Source of the DNA: Amoebophrya sp. A120
Taxonomy: Eukaryota > Protista > Dinoflagellata
Length of the DNA: 64,000 bases
Direction: 5' to 3'
Assembly (NCBI GenBank): GCA_905178155.1
Contig: CAJINV010000022.1
Location: 565,799 to 629,798, forward strand
The notes under the pieces were generated by a model. The model ran no database searches. It was not told the DNA's origin and was given only the letters and a program-made list of their open reading frames with translations. The position numbers and the translations under genes were made by a program. This document shows, one piece after another, positions 1-12,600 of the stretch. Numbering within the stretch: position 1 is the stretch's first letter; every line of letters begins with the position of its first letter.

Positions 1-3000
1 GATTGCCGGTGGAAATAATACGGAAGCACAAGAACCCGAGATTTTACTACCGTTGTCCGGTGCAGTGGGAGCGGCATCTAGCACCCCAAGCTCTTTATCG
101 TATATAAAAGTACACCCATACCATACCGGGGAACAAGTTGTATATGTCATGCAATTTTCAGAATAAAGACAAAAATGGAGCTCATGTTGTGTGATTTGAG
201 CGTGGCAAACTTTTGTTTATGTCCCCCTGAAGATCGGCTTCGCGTATTACAGAATCCGTTTTCATCTTGCATTCCAAAAAAGTGTACACCATAGTTGTCT
301 CTGCATGGCAGACTTTTTAGTTGTGACGCAAATTGCTTAGCGAAAGAAATAGATACTCTACCGGGCACAGCGCGCGTGGGTCTACATTTGTGTGTGATTC
401 CCTTTGCAGCCCGAGATCGGGATTGTCAATCCCAACAACCTCTGCTGGATGATCAGTTTGTCGCAGAGTTTGCTGTACATTCCCTCCTTGCACGAGAAGG
501 CCGAGGCGGAGTGCGCGCGGAGGGAGCAGGAGCAGCGAGGACCGGGTGCGAGTTCCAGTAGTAATTTTCAGCAACGCTCCCCGGAAGATAGCGACAAACT
601 CAGACAATGGTGCCAATTTTTCCGTGCCGTCGCTGGGTCGGGCGGTCGAGGACTATCAATTGCAAATATGTCTGGATCTGGAGGAATCCGAACTTTTGAT
701 GCTTCCTTCGGATTCTACAAAAATCTGTATTGCATGAACAGCAAGAGAGATCGAGTTTTTGCCACGGCGAGACGGCACTTCTCATGCAGGATAGGCATCA
801 GCAAGACCTCACAAAGTCTAGGATGCTAGGGCATCCATCACAGACATCTGGAGTCATGCAAAATGTGCATGACAAACGTTGCATTTTTCCTGACCAAAAC
901 ATATTTGCAGTTGATAAGGACGAAGCAACAACAATTTGTCTATTTACACCCGACAGCAAGGAGTAGAAGCGGTTCTACATTATGTTATGTGGAAGGCGAA
1001 TTGGCGCGAACTAAGGGACAGGAATTCTTGGAGACAGCAGGACCCGACGGAGGGGATGAGCAAACTGGTCGAAAATGTGCTACCTGGGAATTTCCAAAAC
1101 CTCTTCAACGTCGAAATCAAGGAGGAATTTTTCGCGATTGACCAGCAAGAGAACCCGATTCCGGACGAGAGCAAGGAAAAGAAAGACAATGCCGGCAATG
1201 CGTGGTTCCCCGCCTCCCAATTCATGATCGACTACAACGAGCAAAAACACACTGACATTCTCGGAGCTCTGCGAAACGCCTACTTCGAGCCTGATAAGGG
1301 AGATAGCAGCATATATTCTTACGACTATCAAAGGAAAGAAAATATTGGAATCAAGCAGGCGACAAAGCTTGCCTACAGAGCTCCGGCATACGTCGTAAAT
1401 GTTCTCTCAATTTGCTCCTGTGCCGGAGCAGAATCCTGCGCCGCACTGCATGACCATTGACTGCGCAATAAGTGTAGTTGACCGAACCAATTATAGTTGC
1501 TAATTGATATTGATTCTCAAAAATTTTGCCCCAATACTGCATTGGAACCCCACGACCCTCGGCCGGCCTGGTTGGAGGGTATGGAAATGCGGACGAAGCA
1601 GGTACCGGCGGAAGTTCAGATAATCACAGATAGCCAAGGACGAACACGAACGATTCAAGGCACCAGATATGGACTCCATCGGAAGGCCCACCTCCGGAAA
1701 CTGCCGGAAATTTTGCGGCTCGAGGTGAATCGTTTCACATACGAGAATAACGGAAGCACCCGCAAAAAGATGCATTATCTAGAGGCCCCCAGGCTTTTCT
1801 ACATCGACGGGGAGGCGAGCCGGAATGGTCCAAGTGGCATCCACACGGAGTTTCAGCGTGCGCGCTTGCGCAATCCGCACTGCCCCGGGGAGACAACAGC
1901 TTATACAGAGTGGGCAAGGCAAACTCGGAGACGGGGTATGGACCCCGTGTCCCAGTTGTACGAGCTACATGCGGTGATTTTGCACCACGGCCCCACCCCG
2001 AATTGCGGCCACTACACGGCTGTTGTGAACATCGGCACAGCCCAGCAATCTCCGCGGTGGCGACATTTCGACGACCAGCTGGTGACAGAAGTCCTGACGA
2101 CCTCCGTGGTAGGTCCTTCCGGTATTCTAGACAAATATCTGAGAGAACGAGCTGGGGAGGGCAAAACCATAAACATGCTGCTCTACAAGAAGAAGAAGCC
2201 CGACGCCGCATCGCCACCATATCAGGGCGCCGCACTGATCGGGCCTTCAGGGTCTGAAAATGGTGACCCGTTTGTCCCAATAACGCCCTCCTTAGCGACG
2301 TTGGCGCCGACTGCCTTGCCGGTAGATGCGAATACTTCGCAGCTACCGAGTGTAAGCTCAATCCGACCAGCAGACGCAAGTGAAATACGTCCCTCCTCGC
2401 CTGTTATTCGAACCGCATCGCCTCCATCAAGTAGCAGCAGTGGATCGACCGGGGCCGCAGGACCGGCAGCGTCTGCAAATGGGGGTGAGCATGACGAAGC
2501 AGAGGGATCTGCTGCAGTTCATCTCCAAGGAGCGCAACAGCCTTCTCGCCCGCTAGGAGGGGCAATGGCAAGTGGCGCATCAATACACGCGACAGGAGGG
2601 GAACTGGTAGTTGCAGCCCCGGATACTACGTTTGCGCCGGCGCAACCCGGCGTATTACTACAAACGCGGCAGGGTGACGCTGGAGCGGAAGCACGGACAC
2701 TACCGCCGCAGGGTGATGAGAATAGCGAACAGCAAATAGCCCAAGATAGCGCCGGTTCGTCTTCATCCGTGGGACAGGTAGTTGAACCGCCTGGCATTGT
2801 TGGCGCCACCGGCACAGCTGACGGCGGTCCACCGCCCGCATCAGCTGCTGACACATCAGAAACCGGCCCACCTGGAGCGCCGAAGCGCAGCCGCACTTCT
2901 TCGCCGGGCAGCAGCAGCGGCAGACAACAGCTAGAACCAAGTCCAGGAAGTGGTCCGAGGCAGAAGCGCACCTTGGAGTGGGGCGAGGCAGAAGACCACC

Positions 3001-3569
3001 TTGAGTGGGTAGGACCAGCACTAAATATCGTCAGTCCACTGACTGATGGAAGCAGAAGTACTGGGCCAGTGCCCGCGGTCCAACAAGCCCCGCAACTGCC
3101 CCCGGCAGAAGGTTCTACAACTTTACCCGACGCGCCACGTTTGGTACATTCACCTCCCACGAGCGGGAGAAGCGGAAACCCGGCTGGGGAGGCAAATCGT
3201 GGGCAGGCCCAGCCGCCAACAAGGGAAGTGTCCGCGGCCCCGGTTCCAGCCGCCGCTGAGCAAGCTGCTGGAGGGGAATCGGAAGTGAGAAACGCCGTCA
3301 CGGTTAGCTCTTCTGCAGCATTGGGTGGTCGTGCCTTCCCCGATGATGGTCTCTGTGACCTCGTGTCGGCGCAAGCCGATGTTCACTTTGTTCTCGGCGT
3401 TCACGGTCCAGAAGAAGACGGCATTCCTCGTGGGCCCTACTTCCCTGCTCCACGACGCTTCTTCACCGATGTCGGTGCGGTGTATCCTATCACGCGAAAA
3501 AGAACGGCTTTTGAATCCCATGCTAGTTTCAGGCAGAGTGCACGTGCAGGCAAAATGATGAGTCTGTGA
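1..3569 (+). CDS. Ubiquitin-specific protease (peptidase C19), multi-exon, 5' end outside window
   Basis: Cys box GIVNPNNLCWMISLSQSL (404 ORF), QQD box (936 ORF), His box YELHAVILHHG..GHYTA..WRHFDD (1497 ORF). Removing elements 96-399 and 654-916 (+1 direct repeat each) joins the frames. A probable AG acceptor lies at 1495-1496. Long low-complexity C-terminus; true 3' end uncertain. Confidence 0.85.
96..399. mobile_element. Degenerate TIR introner
   Basis: TATCG...TGATT ends, flanks CTCTT/CCCTT; removal joins SS-LQPEIG in frame. Confidence 0.6.
654..916. mobile_element. TIR introner family A
   Basis: TATCAATTGCAAATATGTCTGG...ACATATTTGCAGTTGATA, direct repeat AGGAC; removal joins ORF 404 to ORF 936. 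Confidence 0.9.
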
Positions 3570-3939
3570 CAGGTTTGGAACCTCGCGAGCGGTTAAGACA
3601 GATATATGTTCCATGCCGTTGCGCTAAGGCTTGTGCGTTTGAGTGATTTTTTTTTTGCAGCTGTAGTTGTTGTTTTATCGCAAAAGCGAAGATGTCTCAA
3701 CTTCGAGTACAGCGGACGCGCTAGCTGCGTCTACACTCGAGACAAGAAACACAATACGCTGCCATTCGAATGAATTGAGATGCGACTTAGAGCACACAAG
3801 AAAGAAGGAGAAAAAAAAAATTCTGCCCGGACGTAAGCAATAATTGTTTTTTTTCGTGTCATAAGTTAACATGCGATGATCCAGAAGGTCCTACAGGGTA
3901 GAACAATTTCTCGCTTGGACGTTGCCGACGCCCTGGGGG

Positions 3940-4195
3940 TATTAAGGGTAAATATGTCTGGGTGGTCTGGGGCGCTTCGGGGTTTGTGATTTTGGTGCAG
4001 CTTTCGCAACGTGACAGGTTCTGAACAGAAATGTCGTCTTTGGGATTGCGTGGTCAAAGGTGTGTGCTGACCTTCGCTGCCTTTAATGCGATAAAGATTT
4101 TTGTATATGAAGACCAGACCGAGACCAGCTACCGCTAGCGCCACAAACCCGGGCTCTACTTCTAGACCCCAACATATTACGATTTGCAATGCATA
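3940..4195. mobile_element. Degenerate family A element
   Basis: AATATGTCTGGG at left end, TAGACCCCAACATATT...TGCAATGCATA at right end; direct repeat eroded. Confidence 0.5.
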
Positions 4196-4541
4196 GAGGA
4201 ATTGGCAGCAGATGCAGACGGTACTCGGAAAAGGGGTTGCGCAGAGTGTTTATTGCCCGCTGAGGAGTTTTTACAATCTCAACTGTTACACTTTTTTCTC
4301 ATTTTGATTGCATGAAGCGTTTGTGTGGGGCTGCGGTGACGCATTCATTTTTTGTCACTGGTACGCAGGACAAGTTCTAATGTCACAAAAAGCTGGAAGT
4401 CGTAGACCCTACCGCAAAATTGTAGATGCAAGACACAACTGGCGCCAGGTTCCGATTAGAGTGCAAATGCGTCACAAACTTTCAGCTTTATGTAATTTTT
4501 GGATAACAGTGAGAGCTTGTAAACGCCTGACCAGGTTATAG

Positions 4542-7146
4542 TGTTCGAGACTGCTTTCTATCAGAAAAGATCGAGGACTTCATGCTGGTATGCATTGCAA
4601 GTATGGCTGGGTCGGTAAGATAGAATGCAATTGCAAGCAACCTGCATATACAATTGTGCATTGCGAAGGAGAATGTGAATCTGTGATGCGCGAAGTGGGC
4701 TATGACAATGATTTCTGTATAGTGTGTTCCGCAAAAATGCGGTTTCTCCAACTCGTTGCGCAGGTTTCGTTGAAGTCTTCGGATACCGGAGGCCATTTCG
4801 CATAGCGAACGTGGCGTTTTTGCCAGTTTCCCGACCCAGACATATTTGTCCTGAATAGCCGGAGACTTTGCGCGCCCAGTTGGAGAAAATGCAATTGATG
4901 TTGTTGTAGGCAATGCAAAGAAGTATTGTACTCGTAGTGCTTGCACGACAAGCGCTTTCTGCGTGAAAGATGGCGTCTGTCATGTAGAGTCAAGGCCTTA
5001 GAAAAACAGATTGTAAGGACCAAATGTACGACTACAATACTTTTGCACAGGATAAGTTGTCGCACTTCGGCGCCGGCGTCTTTCGATTCTACATCGATTC
5101 TGCAAGACCAGAACGCCTTCGCTTTCACAGATCGCCGCAAGGGCAAAAAGTAGGTGACTGGGTGCAACAAAGGATCACGCAGGCAAAAAGCAACGTGGAA
5201 AATTTTTTGCGTTTAGGCGTATCCGTTGGCACCATGGCCAACCTGGAAGACCTACCGCTTGAATCCAGGACAGCCGAAGTTCGAGTGTTCCTGGAGGCAG
5301 CAAGTTTTAGGAAAATGCAGCCAAAAAGGCTTTTCACGCAGGCTGCAAATGGGAGTGCGACCAATGGTGTCTATGCAAGGCGAAACCGAATGCATCATCG
5401 TACAAGTAAAAATTGCAGCACATACATTTTTTCATGAGTGTGCTCAAAATAAAAGACGTCGCAGTTTGTCATGCAATGTTTTTCAGGTACTAAGTAGAAG
5501 TGCAAATGTGTCATGCACGAAGCTTGCAATTTTTACGAGCACGATATTCATATTTTTCGGAGCATACTGTTTATATACGCTCTCGGGAATTCGCAAATAG
5601 TGACATTGCACAAATGGACTTCGGAACGTATTTCGGCGAGCTCATGGGTAGTCGACCTGGTGGTGCCTTGCTCTGGCTGGTCGACCAGTGGATCGAAAGC
5701 GTGACTCCAGGCAACCGAAGTCGACGTCTAGTGCTCCGATCAGCTGCAGAAGCGCTCCGCCTTGCCGAATATTTGTCAGGCGAAAAACCGCCGGCGGAGC
5801 TGCAACGGCTCGCAGCAGAAGAGGTCGTGATTAAGTGGGTACGCTGGAGTACCACTCAGGCAAGACCTTATGTGCTACGCGAATTTAAGGACTTGTCGAA
5901 TCGCGATCGAGAATTCCTGTCTCAGTATTTTCGAGCCGCCCTGGAAACAGGAGGAGGTGGCGAACACTTTATTGGACGCTTTGCAAGACAACAGCATCGC
6001 ACTCGTGAAAATTGCACCGCATACAATTTTTTCTCAAAATCCGCTTGCCAGAATGAAAAAACGCATTTGTCATTATGGTAATGTAATTGTAATTCTGCAG
6101 CTAGGAATAGGGAACCGATACCGGAATCCACATTTTGCATGCATTGTTGCAATGGACACGGGGGCGATACCATTTTTTCGAAGGATACTATTCTGCCACG
6201 AGATCTGGCCGCGAAGCTGGAGCGTCTCGTCTATCCAAGTCTGGACGGGAGGCTCCGCCGGCTTGTAGAAGAGTGGATCGAAAGCGTGGTGCTGCCCTAC
6301 AACGAACGCCGGACAGAAGGACGTCTAGTACTCCAATCGGCCGAAGAGGCGCTTCGCTTTGTCACATACTTATCGAGATTCACTGGGGGCGAAGGGGAAC
6401 AAGAGGAACAAGAGGAACAAGAGGAACAAGAGGAACAAGAGGAACAAGAGGAACAAGAGGAAGAGGAAGACCGTGAGACGGAGCTGGCGGGCCTTCAGAC
6501 AGAGCTGCAAGAGCTGGCGGCAGAAGAGGCCGCAGGGGAGCAGCAGGGAAAAGAATCTGAAATTGGACTTAGTCTTTTTCCGGCTTCTCCGTTTCTTTTT
6601 CTCCAAGATGCAGATGGTCGCCCTTTTCCCCTAAACCAGAATGGCCTTCTCGCAAGTAAAGATGGCGAAGAAGATCGGCTAACCAGACGCACACCAGATG
6701 GCATAGTGCGCTTCTTCAGCAAGCGGGGCCCGCCGGGCCCGGGGGAGGACGCACGCCGGTACCTTCGATCGAGCTACCGGACGGTCCCGGAGGACGTCGT
6801 AGCCCCTGGGGTCAAGCGCCTAGTGGAAGTTCTCTTCGGCCGGGAACATCTCGAAAATAGCCCGCTGGAGATGCAATTGCGAGAGGAATTCGCATATTGT
6901 GAGGAAAACAAGTCCCGCCCCCTTTCTAGTATGCTCACAACGGATATCTGTGACAGTGATTCGCGTACGCAAATCAGCTTTGTCTTGCGAGATGGCGCCA
7001 TTAGATGTCTCCGCCGCATAATAGGGGCGATTTCTAAACCTAATGCTGTGAGGACTAGATCTAGAACAGAGCATGCGACTGGCGTCTTATTATACCGCTG
7101 CGTCGAACATTCGCATAGAATCTGCCTGCAGGCCCTTGCTCCGTGA
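4542..7146 (+). CDS. Unknown lineage-specific protein (family X, copy 1), multi-exon; may continue the upstream gene
   Basis: After element removal reads FLSEKIEDFMLETLRAQLEKMQL..SPQGQKVGDWVQQRI.., with two copies of VL(R/Q)SA(A/E)EALR; colinear with 16460-18663. Junction near 5970-6190 not resolved exactly. Confidence 0.6.
4589..4857. mobile_element. TIR introner family A (diverged)
   Basis: TATGCATTGCAAGTATGGCTGGGTCGG...CCCGACCCAGACATATTTG..ATA; flanks GCTGG/GCCGG; frame restored. Confidence 0.8.
4907..5054. mobile_element. TIR introner family B (diverged)
   Basis: AAGTATTGTACTCGTA...TACAATACTTTTGCACAGGATA; flanks TGTTG/AGTTG; frame restored. Confidence 0.75.
5372..5566. mobile_element. 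Degenerate family B introner
   Basis: TATGC...GAGCACGATA..GCATA; removal +5 nt joins NGV-YIRSREF in frame. Confidence 0.6.
6394..6456 (+). repeat. 9-bp coding tandem repeat (GAGGAACAA)n encoding EEQ
   Basis: Six perfect units plus one variant unit. Confidence 0.95.
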
Positions 7147-9660
7147 TTAATAAAGTTGACTTATGTACAACACGGATCGGGCACCACAAGTTTCGTTTTG
7201 ACTCTCGGGAAGGGGTGGATTTGTCGTTTTGATATCGCAGCAGAAATTGCGCCGAAGCTTTTGCGGATCAAAGAAGGGATCAAAAATCTTGGGATCGCAA
7301 AGCAGAGTCGTTCGCAAAGCAGAATCGTCGAGTTCCTGAGGGAGAAAAATGGTCGAGTTCGTCCTGAGGAAAAGAATTATACGCAAAGCAGAGTCGTTGA
7401 GCTGCTCCTGTTGCGGCTGCACACGTAGAGGCAGGGCGAGGCTTTGTATCTGATCCGCAGGAAGGTGCAGGCTCTGGATCGGGGTCTTCTTCCTCCGCCT
7501 CAGCATTTGATGTCGTTCCACGAGATCCACCCAGCGAGGCGTGGTAAACGACTGCTTCCGAGGGTCGCCAACTCGAACTGAAGGGAAAGGAAGCACGCGG
7601 GAACCTGGAGTTGCAAGCGTGGTTACAACCATGGAAAAAGAATTTCCTACGCTATAATTTCCCCCCCATGATCTGCAAAACTGATAAAAGACGTAACGGT
7701 CGACAATGCGACGCGTATTAGTCTCTCGGACGGCGGTCGCAGAACCTCACTGGGTCCGACCCCAAGCTACTTGCACGAGGCCACGCTTTATCCTTGAAGA
7801 CACTTTTTTCATTAGTATCTACACCCCCGATCTTTTACTATCGTCGAGGCGCTGGCGACATTGTTGAAGCTTCAACACTGTTTTCCCTCCAAACAGCTAC
7901 AAAGCTCTCTAAAGATGACACTCGCGATGTACAACCTGTGGTAGCAGCTACTGTGCGCCGGCGCTCCTGCGGGCAGTCGCTGTGTTGCGTGTCTATAGTT
8001 TCCCGACGTGCAGCACGTGCTGGTGATGCATGATCTACATTAGCATTTTCTGTAAATCAATATTACACCATAATAATTTTGATTGCTGAGCAGCCGCAGT
8101 ATTGTTTTCATCTTAGGAAAAAGACTTAGACATCACCTCCTTTTGCAACACAAATATTATAGCACTTTTTTGTCGTGCAAGAAGTTGCCGAAAGATCATT
8201 TCTCCCCGGGGCCGAAGTTGTCCTCGGTGCTCCGTGAATGTACGATTCTAGCGGGTGTATGTTTTCCTCTTTTTCTTCAAGAAATGGTTTAAGTTGTATA
8301 ATTTTGGAATAACAAAAATCAAACCTCAACCCACATTGATTTTTAAACGCCCCAGCATCGACAGTCGAGTGCGAGGCACTATCTGTAGCTCTGTTTGCCC
8401 AGCTGCAGCTCATATTTTGAAAACTTTTTGCAAATGGCGAAACACTTTTTTCTCGTTTTTCATAGCACTCGCTCGTAACAAATTTTTCGCCCCAAATCGC
8501 CAGAAGGATTGAATCAGCGCCAAGGGGTGGCGCAATAGTTTTCTTGTTGATCATCCCTGGTCAGGGACCATGACCATCGGATGTGAGACGGGCAAACTAA
8601 GCCAATACCAATCGCTCGACCGATATATTGATGAAGCGCAAAATCTATACCACTGCATACACGCGCGGTCACTACAAGTACGGGAAGATGAATGCGACGA
8701 CAAGATGAACCAAATGGAAAATGAGAAATCAATTGCACACGATAGAGGTTTGCGGACTTCTGGTTGTGTGCGACAGTTCAGCTACGATTCCGACAATTTT
8801 CTTGACTTGTTGCTATACTAAGATGCGTTCTACTGTTGTGAAGAGTTAATTTAGAAACTACAAGATCTGGTGTGCTGTTGTGATTTCTCCCATCGCACAG
8901 AAATCCGGTGTGTGTGTGACGACCTGATATTTTTCGGTGGACGCGCTGAGAGCTTTACGGCTCGGACTCTGGTGGAGATATATTCAATATTGGATCAACA
9001 TGAAGATTGTCCTCGTAGCATGAAGACGCAATGAAGGCACGCCATGAGTTCCTAATCGCGAAATCACAAAGCCAAAAGTTGTCGTCCAATTTTTCTATTA
9101 ACGTATAGGCGTTGCCAAAGCGGTAGAGATGATGAAAACGCGAGACGATTCAGATAAGTGGGAGAAAATTTTTTCTGACATTGAGATTGACCAAGGTTAA
9201 CTATACAAAATTTTCGTATGTGCGATCATCTGCGCATCCGTGCTCTACATCAAATTGGATAAAGGATGCTGAAAAGCGAAGTTTTTGACAGCGAGACCGC
9301 GAGAGGCGCAAATAGATTGTCTACCGTCGTATGGAAGATGGCGATCTCTATTTCTAATCATTGGTCGCGTGAAGATAGAAATATTCCGCATGGCAGCTCT
9401 GGATATCAGTGCAGCCACCGGCATTGTAGAGTGAATACACAGCAGGTACTTCTAGTAGGGAGCCAAAGTAATATAAAGTCTAATGTTTGTTCTGTAGGCC
9501 AATCCAAAGAGAACAAATAGCAAGATGTCGACGCCGACTAGGTTTCTCGGCGATGCAAGCAGCAGCCGCGTTGCCGGCATCGTCGATCTCTGTGCACCAG
9601 CACTGACACGAATTTGTAATGGCGGAGTAGTATGACAAAAGCCTCGAGAGCTTCATCGCC

Positions 9661-12600
9661 ATGGAGCAGCAAAATGAGGAAGCGTTGCTTCTTCCTTTTG
9701 GCGGGCGACCACCCGACGAAGGCTGTCGTGGTGATTCGGAAAAAGACTGCAGTAGCAAGCTGCCGCCACCGCACTCAGCCACACGTCAAAGAACAACGTC
9801 TTCGGAGGACGAGAGCCAACATCTCACTTCTCTTCTACAGGAACCAAATGGGAGGTGTTCTCGGGCCGCGGAAGAAGATGAAGACGAATTTCCGCGTCCC
9901 GCTGCACCAAAAGACGTCGACACAGGCAAACCTGGCGCGCGTCGAGCGGGACACCAGGCAGAGGAACAAATCGCGCCACCTTCCGCTGCGGGTCTACTTC
10001 AGCCGGCCAGCGCGGGCAATGGAACAAGAAGGGCTCCTCTTACGTCTAGTACCTCCCAGCAGCGCGACACAAAGACCACCTTCTCCAATATCGAAAAGAA
10101 AAACCGCGTTTTAGTGTAGGTGTCTTCAGCAGGTGACAGCACGACAAATTCGTTCTGCATGACAGTGCAGTCCTGTCATGCACGGCTAGCACGTGCAAAC
10201 ACGACGTAAGAAAAGAACACACCGTGGCTAGTAACCAGCATGACAGAGACAAGTGTAAACTGTTTTATATTTTCTGCATCGCAGACTTACACTTACAGAC
10301 CTTTTTTGTTCCATATCCATCCACGATCTTTCCTTCACGGTGGGCGAACTGCTCGGCCGCGGCGGCTTCGTATGGATTGCAAAAGCCTATCGCCCTAGTA
10401 GAGGAAATTGCATTACAAATTCGTTCAGAAGAAAAATGAAATTTGTAATGCTGAACTTGGAGTAAGAAACTAGATCTGTCATGTATAAATGCAATTCACG
10501 CAACTACTCGGTGGGCTTTTACCGAATGCATACTTTGCCGAGGTTTACAAGGCGACAAGGGGGGAGAAGAATTTCGCGCTCAAAATCGTCTCCGCCCAGA
10601 ACAAGCACAAGTTGCTGCAGTTCCAGCAAGAGGCGGTTCTGCTTGAAAACTTGACGAAAAAGGACAGACGGGGAAGAAAACATGTTGTCCACTGCTTCGG
10701 CTCCGAGTGTGACGTGGCGAGTTTGAAGATTCACATTTTGCTGGAATTCGCGGACTGTGACTTCGAAGCCTACCATCGGAGTTTCGTGACGAAAGTCACA
10801 TCGAATCCGCCCCCAACTGCGGCGGCCAACGGATTATTCGGTGCCAACGGTGCGGGAAGCAGAGACTCTTCCAGCTGTTCTAGAGGTTCAAGAAAAACGA
10901 AGTTCTTCATGCCTTTCAACATTATTCTCCATTGCGGGAAGCAGATGGCGGCTGCGGTTGCTTACATCCACAGCAAGAACATCGTGCATTTTGATTTGAA
11001 GCCGGCGAATTTTCTCATGTTTGAAAACAAGCAGAAAATCAAGCTGTCCGACTTCGGGCTAGCCAGGGAAGTGGAGGAAGATAAATCCCATATCAGCCGG
11101 TTTGGGCAGTGCGGCACGATATTATACATGGCTCCCGAGGCTTTTCATCAGGGAGAGCAATACGAAGCAAGCATGAAAATGAAGCCGGAAACGGATATTT
11201 GGTCCCTTGGGATCATACTGTACGCGATGATCTACGAAAAACCGCCGCACGCGTATTTGTTCAACCAGCCGGGGGGCGGAAACCGGGTGATGTTCTGCAT
11301 TGTGGATCCGTTGATGGAGATCCTATCCTGTGCAAAAGTATCGTACTCGTGCAAATGCAAGTCTTGCATTACAAATCTTGTTCTTAAAGGCAGATCAGCA
11401 TTTCAAATTTTATTTCTCATGCTGAGGAAATTTGTGATGCATTTATACGATTGCGATACCATGCTTTTGCAATCCATAAATCCAGTATCCGGACAAGTTC
11501 TGCGCCTTCACGCAGGACATTCTAGACGATACTCTCGCGGACTTCGAAGGACGAAGGCTCGAGCATTTGCTGTATTTGGTGCAAGTCTGTCTCGCGCGGG
11601 AAATCACAGAGAGGATCACTGCTTTTGATTTAGAAAAAGAGCTGGTCGGCCTGGAGATGGTGGGAGATGCGGTGTTAGCGTCTTCTTCTACTTCTTGCGG
11701 CACTTCTTCTTCCCTGCAGTCTGCCGCTTGCGACACTGGGGACCACCACCAGCTGTGGGAAGGCCACAATGTTGTCCTGTCTCGGGCCAGTGCCGACGCT
11801 ATAAAAATGCAGTTAATGCAAGATGGACCAGGCGATCTCGATCTGACTCAAAATCGAAATCGTGCATCCAATTCCACCGGCACCACAACCGCGGGTGATG
11901 GGTCATCTGCTCCTTCCGGAGGTTCCATCGACAACAGTAGGAGCACCGCCGCTTCTTTTTGTGCAAAATTAAACCTGGATAAAAACTTCAAGTTCCGCAC
12001 AGCATTAGTACGTCCGATCCCGGGAAGCACGGCGACGGTGTTGCATCGGAAACACATTCCGCAGGTACAAGTAGCCGTCCAACAAGTGGCTGGCTCTGGA
12101 TCATCTTCGGCAGGAATGAATGTTCATAGCGGGGTAATATCATCATCTGCCGTGGTGACACCTTCCACCAGCTTCAAAATTACATCGCTGGAAACCGCTC
12201 CAGCGCAGGAGCGGACGATTGCGCCGCCGGTGGTGGCGGTTGAAGAAAAGTTTTTGAATGGGAGGCTCGAGGAATCTTCCGCACAAGAAGAAACCACTAG
12301 GCAGCCACCAGAGCTGGACCTGGTGGAGCTTCTGCCGCAGGATATTACAGTGTCCCCGCTCGTCGGTGGTGGTGCACGCTCCGATGTAGATCCGAATTTC
12401 GACCTCGACGAGGAAGGGCTCGTTGGCAGAAAAAACGAATTGGACAACATTCCGACCACCGAAGTGGATGAGGCTTCTAAAGTTGATGTGCCAACACCAA
12501 CAGCTGCAACATTTTGGACCAGCGTCGCTGGACAAGTGCTTATCTCGGCCCTTATCCTGTCTATCGGCATAGGCGCAGCTGTATCTATCGGCATATTTGG

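Noticed and set aside
1440-1500. Stop-codon reassignment explaining broken ORFs
   Set aside because: Long ORFs are clean in the standard code and breaks coincide with elements or an AG acceptor that is also present in the paralogue.
2519-3301. Long antisense ORFs (also 15512-16186, 50431-51312)
   Set aside because: Shadow frames of GC-rich low-complexity sense ORFs.
7147-9600. Possible small genes (e.g. ORF 8570-8821) and local repeats at about 7296-7400
   Set aside because: No recognisable motif or consistent exon model.
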